From IMG/VR virus record IMGVR_UViG_3300045988_046749: a stretch of 46,325 nt of DNA; one strand, 5' to 3'. This document shows positions 35,726 to 43,406 of the stretch, one piece after another. The translations under genes were made by a program, and so were the position numbers. This DNA is from a virus. Position 1 is the stretch's first letter, and each line of letters begins with the position of its first letter. The notes below the pieces were generated by a model. That model was not told the origin of the DNA, did not search any database, and saw nothing but the letters and a program-made list of their open reading frames with translations.

Positions 35726-37171
35726 ATGGGACTTATAACAACACTAAAAAGGTGGTTTAACATGATTTTTAAAAAACAAGCCGAAGAGGATTTTAATATC
35801 CAGGCAGCGGAATTTCCAGAAATGGAATCGCTGATTAACCGGTGTGCGAACATATACAGGGGCGTACCAGAGTGGCTAGATGATAAGAATAATATCAAGA
35901 CAATTAATTTCGCGAAATCTGTCTGCTCAGAGACAGCACGGCTCGCAACGCTGGCGATCGGTATTCAGATAGACAGTTCTGCAAGGGCAACATGGCTTCA
36001 GGAGCAAATCGATAAGGTATATTTCCAAATTCGGCACTGGGTGGAATATAGCTGCGCTTATGGAACAGTTTTTATTAAACCAAACGGTGAGAGCCTTGAC
36101 GTATTCACTCCGGCAGACGTGATGATCGTAGATTACGACAATCAGGAAATAAAGGGGATTATATTCAAGGATTCTTATACTGTTGGACGGAAATACTACA
36201 CAAGGCTTGAATATCATAGATTTGTTAAAACCACCGTGGATGGCGTGACAACCTATCCGTACTACGTTTCCAACAGGGCTTATGTATCAAAATCCCCTCA
36301 GTCAATCGGCGACAGAATCGACCTTAAACAGACCAAATGGGCCGACCTCATGGCAGATACGCCACCGATTCTAAAAGCGAATGGCGAGAAGCTGGACGGG
36401 CCGCTATATGGAGTACTGCGTACACCACAGGCGAACAATGTAGATATTAGTGCACCACTTGGACTTCCAATTTTTGCTGAGGCTATCGAAGAACTGAAAG
36501 ACCTCGACATTGCATACAGCCGTAATGCCGGAGAGATTTTTGATTCTCAGAAGATTGTTCTGGCAGATGATAGACTACTGATGCCAAGCGGTACACCTGT
36601 ATCAGCCATGTCACCACAGGGCATGGAGAACAGACGGAATGAAATGAACTTACCGCACTTTGTCAAGAATGTGTTCGGGCAGGACGAGAAAGAGTTTTAC
36701 CAAGAAATCAATCCGCAACTCAACACTGATACCCGTATAAGTGGCATAAACGCCCTTTTAAGCCAGTTGGGATACAAGATTGGATTCTCCAATGGCTACT
36801 TTGTTTTTAATGAATCTAGTGGCATTCAGACGGCTACGGGAGTGGAAGCGGAACAGCAGAGGACAGTGCAGTTTATCAAAGACGTTCGAGACAAACTGGA
36901 ATCCTGCCTGGATGAAGTAATCTACGCACTGAACGTTTACGCTGACTTGTACGGAATTGCGCCTGTTGGAGCTTATGAAGTCAATTATGATTTCGGTGAT
37001 ATCCTGTATGTGCGTGAAAACGACCGTGCACGATGGTGGCAGTATGTGACCACTGGCAAAGTTCCGGCATGGCTGTATTTCGTGAAATTTGAGGGAATGA
37101 CGAAAGACGAGGCGGTGGCAATGGTCAAAGAAGCTCAGCCAGACGAACCAACATTATTTGGAGATGAGTAG
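35726..37171 (+). CDS. Portal protein (SPP1 gp6-like)
   Basis: 481 aa; position after terL and before the MuF-like gene. Confidence 0.9.
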   Translation: MGLITTLKRWFNMIFKKQAEEDFNIQAAEFPEMESLINRCANIYRGVPEWLDDKNNIKTINFAKSVCSETARLATLAIGIQIDSSARATWLQEQIDKVYFQIRHWVEYSCAYGTVFIKPNGESLDVFTPADVMIVDYDNQEIKGIIFKDSYTVGRKYYTRLEYHRFVKTTVDGVTTYPYYVSNRAYVSKSPQSIGDRIDLKQTKWADLMADTPPILKANGEKLDGPLYGVLRTPQANNVDISAPLGLPIFAEAIEELKDLDIAYSRNAGEIFDSQKIVLADDRLLMPSGTPVSAMSPQGMENRRNEMNLPHFVKNVFGQDEKEFYQEINPQLNTDTRISGINALLSQLGYKIGFSNGYFVFNESSGIQTATGVEAEQQRTVQFIKDVRDKLESCLDEVIYALNVYADLYGIAPVGAYEVNYDFGDILYVRENDRARWWQYVTTGKVPAWLYFVKFEGMTKDEAVAMVKEAQPDEPTLFGDE

Positions 37172-37173
37172 TT

Positions 37174-38403
37174 ATGCTAAGCCCAGAATATTTACGACAG
37201 ATAACAGAGGGCAGTGAACAAATTGCAGAAGAATTGCACCAGTATATCATCTCTGAGATCGTGTCAAGGATGATGGCAAGAATCGGCAGAGGTGAGGACT
37301 ATATCCTGACCAATGCCGATGCGTGGAGAATCAGAACGTTACAGGAATCCGGTGAATTGCTAGAGGACATTCTAGCGGAACTATCCAAATACACCAAACG
37401 TGAACAGCAGGAACTTCTTGAAGCGTTTGAAGATGCCGGAATCACTGCGATGAACTACGATGATAAGATATACAAGGCGGCAGGATTAAGTCCTGTGCCG
37501 CTCGAACAGTCGCCGGCCATGATAAGGCTCATGGAGCGGAATATGCTTGCAACCATGGGCGAGTGGAAGAACTTCACAAGAACCGCCGCAAGCGCTGCTC
37601 AAAGACTCTATATCGAGCAGTGCGACCTTGCATATAATCATGTGATGACTGGGTCAGTTGGGTATATGCAAGCCATTAAAGAGGCAGTTAATAACATTAT
37701 ATCAGATGGTGTCACCGTCACATATCCATCCGGCAGAAAAGACACGATCGAAACAGCAGTTGCACGTTCTGTCAGAACTGGTGTGGCACAGGCTACGGGG
37801 GATATATCCCTAAAACGTATGGAAGAAATGGACTGGGATTTAGTTCTGGTCAGTGCGCACATGGGAGCCAGAACAGGTGATGGCGGTGAGAATCCGGGAA
37901 ATCACTCATGGTGGCAAGGTAAGATATACTCTCGTTCTGGCAAGAGTAAGAAATTTCCGCCATTCTCATTGACCGGATATGGGACAGCAAGTGGACTATC
38001 AGGAGTCAACTGTCGGCATAGTTTTGGAGCCAGTGACGGGGAATTTAATCCCTACGCAGAATTATCGACAAAGGATAAAGCCGACAAAGGCAAACAGTAT
38101 GAAAAAGAACAACGGCAACGTACTTACGAGCGAAGAATCCGCAAGACGAAGCGTGAAGTTCTCGGACTGCAAGCAGGAGTTGACAATGCACCGAACGAAA
38201 AGGCGAAATTCGCATTGCAACAAGACCTTGACCGGAAGTCTTATCTTTTACAGAAACAAAATGCTGCATATAAGGATTACTGTAAGCAGAACGACCTGAG
38301 GGAGCTGCAAGACCGGCTCATGATAGCGAAGTGGAACCGTCAGAACGCCGCAAAAGCCAGAGGAGCGGCGAAACGGTATAAAACAGCAAAGGGGATTGAC
38401 TGA
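37174..38403 (+). CDS. Head morphogenesis protein (SPP1 gp7 / Mu F family)
   Basis: 409 aa; GVNCRHSF motif region; basic coiled-coil C-terminus. Confidence 0.85.
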   Translation: MLSPEYLRQITEGSEQIAEELHQYIISEIVSRMMARIGRGEDYILTNADAWRIRTLQESGELLEDILAELSKYTKREQQELLEAFEDAGITAMNYDDKIYKAAGLSPVPLEQSPAMIRLMERNMLATMGEWKNFTRTAASAAQRLYIEQCDLAYNHVMTGSVGYMQAIKEAVNNIISDGVTVTYPSGRKDTIETAVARSVRTGVAQATGDISLKRMEEMDWDLVLVSAHMGARTGDGGENPGNHSWWQGKIYSRSGKSKKFPPFSLTGYGTASGLSGVNCRHSFGASDGEFNPYAELSTKDKADKGKQYEKEQRQRTYERRIRKTKREVLGLQAGVDNAPNEKAKFALQQDLDRKSYLLQKQNAAYKDYCKQNDLRELQDRLMIAKWNRQNAAKARGAAKRYKTAKGID

Positions 38404-38789
38404 TGAACAGATGGGAATATTACAATCCGAACCCTGCCGGGAATCGAGTCGGAGATTGCGTTGTCCGGGCAATATGCAAAGCAACCGGCTTTGATTGGGA
38501 AACGGTATTCGCCGGATTAATGGTACAGGCGTGTGCTCTGTCAGATATGCCAAGCGCCAATTATGTATGGGGATCATATTTAGCGAAGCATGGATTCCAC
38601 AGAAAGCTTGTGGAGCAGTCAGAGAGGTATATTTATACAGTAAATGACTTCTGCACAGATCATCCGACTGGTACATACATCCTCTGCATAGATGGACATG
38701 TGGTAGCAGTACAGAACGGCAAATATTATGATACATGGGATAGTGGTAATGAGATCCCGGTATATTACTTGGAAAAGGAGAATAAATGA
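38403..38789 (+). CDS. Papain-fold (Cys-His-Asp) peptidase-like protein
   Basis: TGATG coupling to MuF; GDCVVRAI (Cys) and DGHVVAV...DTWD (His, Asp). Confidence 0.55.
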   Translation: MNRWEYYNPNPAGNRVGDCVVRAICKATGFDWETVFAGLMVQACALSDMPSANYVWGSYLAKHGFHRKLVEQSERYIYTVNDFCTDHPTGTYILCIDGHVVAVQNGKYYDTWDSGNEIPVYYLEKENK

Positions 38790-39091
38790 GCATATCAGAA
38801 TTTGTACAGATTTTCCTCTCTATCTGCGGAGGAGTGTCTATTGTCGGGGGAGCGGCAGCCGTAATTTTTAAGTGGATTGCCCCGGCGTTTCGGCTCAATA
38901 AGCGAGTAGAGACACTGGAAGAACATGATAGGCGAGATTATGAAAGCCTTCGGAGAATCGCAGAGCGTGATTCATTAATTCTGGAAGTATTATCAACCAT
39001 GTTGGACAGTCAGATCAACGGCGACAATGCAGAGGAATTAAAAAAAACAAAACAGAAGCTTACAAATTATCTTGCACAGAATCAGCGTTAA
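38786..39091 (+). CDS. N-terminally membrane-anchored coiled-coil protein (holin- or immunity-like)
   Basis: TM FVQIFLSICGGVSIVGGAAAVIF, then a charged helical tail. Confidence 0.55.
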   Translation: MSISEFVQIFLSICGGVSIVGGAAAVIFKWIAPAFRLNKRVETLEEHDRRDYESLRRIAERDSLILEVLSTMLDSQINGDNAEELKKTKQKLTNYLAQNQR

Positions 39092-39114
39092 TTGCATTAA
39101 TAAGAGGTATGCTC

Positions 39115-39315
39115 ATGAAATTATATGTGTTCACAAAGAAAGATATAGACAGGTTCTTGATAGAGTGTAATTTCACGCCGGACGAAGAAAGACTGTTCCG
39201 GTTGAGATGTAAGGAATACACTCTTGAATACTGCGCTGAACAAATGAATGTGAGTATATCTACAGCGAAACGATTAAGCCGCCGAGTAAATAATAAAATA
39301 ATCAAAGTGTGTTGA
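39115..39315 (+). CDS. Small sigma-70 region-4-like HTH regulator
   Basis: EERLFRLRCKEYTLEYCAEQMNVSISTAKRLSRRVNNKI. Confidence 0.55.
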   Translation: MKLYVFTKKDIDRFLIECNFTPDEERLFRLRCKEYTLEYCAEQMNVSISTAKRLSRRVNNKIIKVC

Positions 39316-39334
39316 TACTTTTTAGACACTAATT

Positions 39335-39369
39335 AGAGCCAGAAACGACCTGTTTCCGGTTCTTTTTTT
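39335..39369 (+). terminator. Rho-independent terminator
   Basis: agagccagaaac/gtttccggttct stem (one mismatch) followed by a T7 run. Confidence 0.75.
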
Positions 39370-39403
39370 GTGCAAAAATATAATCAGAAAGGCGGTGTAT
39401 AAG

Positions 39404-39871
39404 ATGGCATTATATAACAATCCTTATCAATATAGTTTCGGCGTTCCAGGACAGATGAACCAGTTCCAGCAGCCTGTCCAGATGCCGGCCCAGCCAGTAC
39501 AACAACCTCAGCAGAATAGCAATGGTATCCTGTGGGTATCTGGCGAAGTTGGCGCAAAATCCTATCTGGTAGCGCCCGGGACAAGTGTTTTGCTGATGGA
39601 TTCAGAATCAGAGAAATTTTACATAAAATCCACAGATGTTTCCGGTATGCCACAGCCATTACGGACGTTTGAGTATCATGAAGTAGGCGCTCAGATGCCG
39701 CCTAAACAGCCTGTCCAAAACATGGACAATAAATACGTCACCAGACAGGAATACGACGATTTAAAAGCCAAATGCGAAGCTATAGCAAGTCGTTTAAATT
39801 CTTTTTCTGAACCTGTTAGGGCTAATACCACACAGGAATCAGCAGTCAAGGGAGGAAACGCAGATGAGTAA
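39404..39871 (+). CDS. Q/P-rich protein of unknown function
   Basis: ATG 39404 after AAAGGCGG; QMNQFQQPVQMPAQPVQQPQQ tract, then a compact core. Confidence 0.6.
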   Translation: MALYNNPYQYSFGVPGQMNQFQQPVQMPAQPVQQPQQNSNGILWVSGEVGAKSYLVAPGTSVLLMDSESEKFYIKSTDVSGMPQPLRTFEYHEVGAQMPPKQPVQNMDNKYVTRQEYDDLKAKCEAIASRLNSFSEPVRANTTQESAVKGGNADE

Positions 39872-40085
39872 TCCATTATTCAATGTCCTCGGCGGTGGAA
39901 TACCGCAGGGAAACGGACCAATGCAGATGATACAGCAGTTTATGCAGTTTAAGCAGAATTTTAAGGGAGACCCGAAGGAAGAAGTTCAGAAGATGTTACA
40001 GTCTGGAAAGATTTCTCAGCAACAGCTTAATCAGGTTCAGCAGATGGCAGGACAGTTTCAGCACATACTAAAAGGAATGAAATAG
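39864..40085 (+). CDS. Small Q-rich protein
   Basis: 73 aa; GGGAGG SD. Confidence 0.55.
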   Translation: MSNPLFNVLGGGIPQGNGPMQMIQQFMQFKQNFKGDPKEEVQKMLQSGKISQQQLNQVQQMAGQFQHILKGMK

Positions 40086-40138
40086 TACATTACAATCTGG
40101 CCAGATTGATGTAAATACACAATAAAGGAGATTATATT

Positions 40139-40918
40139 ATGGATGGAAATTATAGCTTATCAGACATTGCAGCTGCTACTGGAAATGGCAGAAATAATGA
40201 CGGCATGTTTGGTGGAGATGGTAGCTGGTGGATTATTGTTTTATTCATTTTTGCTTTCTTCGGATGGGGAAACAACGGATGGGGCAATAACGGCAACGGC
40301 GGCGGATATACAGCCACAGCAGCTACTCAGGCAGACATTCAGAGAGGATTCGATAACTCCGCAGTAATCAGCAAGCTTGACGGAATCAATAGCGGCCTGT
40401 GTGATGGATTCTACGCCATGAACAACGGTATGCTTACCGGATTCAATGGAATCAACACAAATATTATGCAGACTGGTTTCGGCATTCAGCAGGCTATTAA
40501 TGCCGACACTGTAGCGAATATGCAGAATACAAATGCTTTACAGGCACAGCTTGCAAACTGTTGCTGTGAAACCAGAGAAGCTATCCAGGGCGTGAACTAC
40601 AACATGGCACAGAACACCTGTGCATTGCAGAACACCATGAACAGCAACACAAGAGACATTATTGACAGTCAGAATGCAGGAACAAGAGCAATTCTTGATT
40701 ATCTTTGCAACGAAAAGATTTCTAACTTGCAGGCTGAGAACAATGATCTCAGACGTGCCGCTTCTCAGGATCGCCAGAGCGCATTGCTCACAACTGCAAT
40801 GGCTTCACAGACACAGCAGCTCATTAATGCGATTAATCCGGCACCGATTCCGGCTTACCAGGTACCGAACCCGAACACATATTACGGATGCGGATGTAAC
40901 ACCGGATGTAATTGCTGA
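40139..40918 (+). CDS. Single-pass membrane protein, N/Q/G-rich with Cys-rich C-terminus
   Basis: TM WWIIVLFIFAFFGW, GNNGWGNNGNGGG, CCC, C-terminal YYGCGCNTGCNC. Confidence 0.65.
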   Translation: MDGNYSLSDIAAATGNGRNNDGMFGGDGSWWIIVLFIFAFFGWGNNGWGNNGNGGGYTATAATQADIQRGFDNSAVISKLDGINSGLCDGFYAMNNGMLTGFNGINTNIMQTGFGIQQAINADTVANMQNTNALQAQLANCCCETREAIQGVNYNMAQNTCALQNTMNSNTRDIIDSQNAGTRAILDYLCNEKISNLQAENNDLRRAASQDRQSALLTTAMASQTQQLINAINPAPIPAYQVPNPNTYYGCGCNTGCNC

Positions 40919-40982
40919 TAACTTCATATCGAGAGTATCTTTCGATTGATTCGAATGTCGGCTTATGCCGTATTACACAGAG

Positions 40983-41007
40983 GGGCAGGCTGAGACCTGT
41001 CCTTTTG
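40983..41007 (+). terminator. Rho-independent terminator
   Basis: gggcagg/cctgtcc stem followed by ttttg. Confidence 0.6.
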
Positions 41008-41029
41008 TGATATGAAAGGAGTAAAAATT

Positions 41030-41452
41030 ATGGCAGAATTTACAAGTGTAGCTGCTCAGACTGTAGCAGCAAATGGAAACGTAGTATTTTCAAACACAGC
41101 AGTTAAGGGCTCTAATTGCATTCAGCACAGAGAGGGAAGTGGAATTATTACACTGAGAGGACTTACTAACCAGTGCAAAGCGAGATTCTTTGTGGATTTT
41201 TCTGGCAATATCGCAATTCCAACAGGCGGTACTGTCGGAGCTATTTCTCTGGCTATTGCAATTTCTGGTGAGCCGGTTCTTTCTTCTCAGATGATCTCCA
41301 CACCGGCAGCAGTGGACCAGTACAATAATGTGTCCTCTGGTATCTACATTGATGTTCCTCGCGGCTGTTGCGTTAATATCGCAGTAGAAAATACGAGCGA
41401 TCAGGCGATTTCCGTTGCGAACGCAAACATTGTTGTGACTAGAGAAGCGTAG
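41030..41452 (+). CDS. Beta-rich small protein (BclA-CTD/C1q-like or Ena-like by impression)
   Basis: ATG 41030 after GGAG; 140 aa with alternating beta pattern and a CC pair. Confidence 0.6.
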   Translation: MAEFTSVAAQTVAANGNVVFSNTAVKGSNCIQHREGSGIITLRGLTNQCKARFFVDFSGNIAIPTGGTVGAISLAIAISGEPVLSSQMISTPAAVDQYNNVSSGIYIDVPRGCCVNIAVENTSDQAISVANANIVVTREA

Positions 41453-41463
41453 GAGGTGCAGTT

Positions 41464-42027
41464 ATGAGAGACATTAAAGACTTATGCGCAAGAATTGAAG
41501 ACGAGCTGTCCAAAATCGCTGACAGTGGGTTGACTACTGGAAATCTGGAAATGACATACAAACTGATTGATATGTACAAAGATATAAAGAACACACAGTA
41601 CTGGGACAAAAAGGTGGAGTATTACAATACTGTCCTTGATGAGATGCGCAGTGGGTATAACGACAATTACAGCGAACGAGGTCGCAAACATGACAGTATG
41701 GGGAGATACAGCCGCAGTGATGGAAGAATGATGTACCCAGACTATGATCGTGGCAACTCTTACGGCGATGAAAGTCGCGACTACGGAACCGGAAGAGGGT
41801 ACTATAGTCGCTCCGATGGACGAGATGCTTATAGCGACTATATGACACAAAAACAAAGTTATCGATCTGGAAAGTCAGAGGAATGCAAGAGGAAAATGCT
41901 TTCCGCACTAGAAAAACACCTAAACGAACTCGCAACAGAATTGAGCGACATGTCCAAAGACGCAGAGTGCCGGGAAGAGCGTGATCTTGTTAAGAGATAC
42001 GTCGAGAAATTAAGAGATATACTTTGA
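41464..42027 (+). CDS. Helical protein with R/S/D/Y/G low-complexity core
   Basis: AGGAGGTG SD; RYSRSDGRMMYPDYDRGNSYGDESRDYGTGRGYYSRSDGRDAYSDY. Confidence 0.6.
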   Translation: MRDIKDLCARIEDELSKIADSGLTTGNLEMTYKLIDMYKDIKNTQYWDKKVEYYNTVLDEMRSGYNDNYSERGRKHDSMGRYSRSDGRMMYPDYDRGNSYGDESRDYGTGRGYYSRSDGRDAYSDYMTQKQSYRSGKSEECKRKMLSALEKHLNELATELSDMSKDAECREERDLVKRYVEKLRDIL

Positions 42028-42036
42028 TTCTTGCAA

Positions 42037-42076
42037 ATGTGGGGACAACTTTTTTAAAAGAATGTGATACTATAAT
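42037..42076 (+). promoter_or_regulatory. Late-promoter box copy C (ATGTGGGG-N23-TACTAT/TATAAT) upstream of the tRNA-scaffold-capsid block
   Basis: Same box and spacing as at 11444 and 33741; TGa extended -10. Confidence 0.55.
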
Positions 42077-42356
42077 CTTGCAAGGCATGGTGAACCTTGT
42101 AAGACTTGCTGATTAGAAGTTTTTGCTTTCTTTTTCATTTCATGTCCTCCTTTCTTTTGTGAATATGTCCTTAATAGAAACAGATTTGAGCGGAATCTGG
42201 AGGTTGAAAAGCGGGTGCAATTTCCGACATATTCATTAGCCAGTGTGATTGACTGGTGGAACACCTCATCATGAATGAAACAACATCTCCGTGAAAGTCG
42301 GATAGTGGTAGGCATAACACGATAAATACCTTGCTAACCCGGGAATCCGGGTTATG

Positions 42357-42425
42357 TGGAATGTACGCTAGTGGAAAACTGACAGAGTCGCTCTCTGGTC
42401 TCCGGTTCGATTCCGGGCGTTCCGC
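42357..42425 (+). ncRNA. Degenerate tRNA-like element (acceptor and T-arm intact, D/anticodon arms non-canonical)
   Basis: 5' tggaatg pairs with 3' cgttccg; T-arm tccgg-ttcgatt-ccggg; shares 5' tggaatgta with the tRNA at 42545. Confidence 0.3.
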
Positions 42426-42544
42426 TTTGATTCGGTTAAAATTATGCTGTTTGCTTGCAAGCGGTCTATGATTTGGCTGAATTTATCTCATGAGAAAAGG
42501 TTATTGCTCATCCTGTTGTCTGGTGTCCGGATCAAAAAGCATAA

Positions 42545-42618
42545 TGGAATGTAGCTCAGTTGGAAGAGCGGAGGGCGCATAGTCCTTGACGTCGGTGGTT
42601 CGAGTCCACCCTTTCCGA
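42545..42618 (+). tRNA. tRNA with CAU anticodon (Met/Ile2-type), atypical
   Basis: D-arm gctc-agttggaa-gagc, T-arm ggtgg-ttcgagt-ccacc, anticodon loop cgCATag; G at position 33, one U-U in the acceptor, no encoded CCA. Confidence 0.6.
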
Positions 42619-42695
42619 TTACCCTGCCAGTGGTCTAACTGGCTTAATCCAATACCTGCGGCGGCAGGTCAATAAACACGACCAGGAGGATATAT

Positions 42696-43328
42696 ATGCA
42701 GAAACTTATTGACACATTAAAATCATTTGGAATCGAAATCCCGGAGGACAAACAGGCAGATGTTAAGAAGGCACTCTCTGAGCATTACAAAAATGCAAAG
42801 GAAGTAGCAAAAACTCTGTCGAAAGTCGAGGGTGAACGTGATAGCTGGAAAGTACGTGCTGAGACAGCAGAAGAAACTTTGAAAGGCTTTGACGGTATCG
42901 ACCCGGCAAACATTCAGACAGAGCTTGCTGGATGGAAGAAAAAAGCCGAGGATGCAGAGAAAGAATTTAATGCAAAAATCTACGACCGTGATTTCTCAGA
43001 TGCTCTGAAAGCAGCGCTCGATGATGTTAAATTTTCCAGTGAAGCGGCTAAGAGGTCTGTTATGGCAGACATTAAAGAAGCAGGTCTTAAGCTGAAAGAC
43101 GGTAAAATCCTTGGGCTGAACGATCTGATCGAGCAGATGAAACAGTCTGACGCATCCGCTTTCGTGGATGAATCTCAGCAGCAGGCTCAGCAGAATCAGG
43201 CAAGATTTACTACTCACGTTGGACAGCAGCAGACACCGGGAAGCATGACGAAGAAAGATATTGAAGCAATCAAAGACCCGTCCGAGAGACAGGCTGCAAT
43301 TGCTCAGAATATCCAGTTATTCCAGTGA
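42696..43328 (+). CDS. Scaffolding protein (GP20-like)
   Basis: 210 aa, helical and acidic, directly upstream of the major capsid gene. Confidence 0.8.
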   Translation: MQKLIDTLKSFGIEIPEDKQADVKKALSEHYKNAKEVAKTLSKVEGERDSWKVRAETAEETLKGFDGIDPANIQTELAGWKKKAEDAEKEFNAKIYDRDFSDALKAALDDVKFSSEAAKRSVMADIKEAGLKLKDGKILGLNDLIEQMKQSDASAFVDESQQQAQQNQARFTTHVGQQQTPGSMTKKDIEAIKDPSERQAAIAQNIQLFQ

Positions 43329-43406
43329 TTTTTTTACACCGACTATACGCCAGAGTATAGTCGCTAACCCAATACCTTAATAATTATGGGTAGAAAGGAT
43401 TTTTTT

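Noticed and set aside
38248-38898. 216-aa minus-strand ORF spanning the MuF/papain-like/membrane gene junctions
   Set aside because: It is antisense to three SD-preceded, translationally coupled + strand genes, and its composition is implausible (Cys/His/Pro/Leu-rich).
39379-39384. Assigning a sporulation-sigma promoter to the insulated cluster
   Set aside because: Only a TATAAT without a -35 is visible. I cannot match sigma-E/F/G/K consensus elements with any confidence, so promoter class is left open.
42070-42315. 81-aa minus-strand ORF in the capsid-operon leader
   Set aside because: The full-length translation looks non-protein-like and has no SD at 42315. Only the internal 22-codon ORF with a strong SD is kept, as a low-priority observation.
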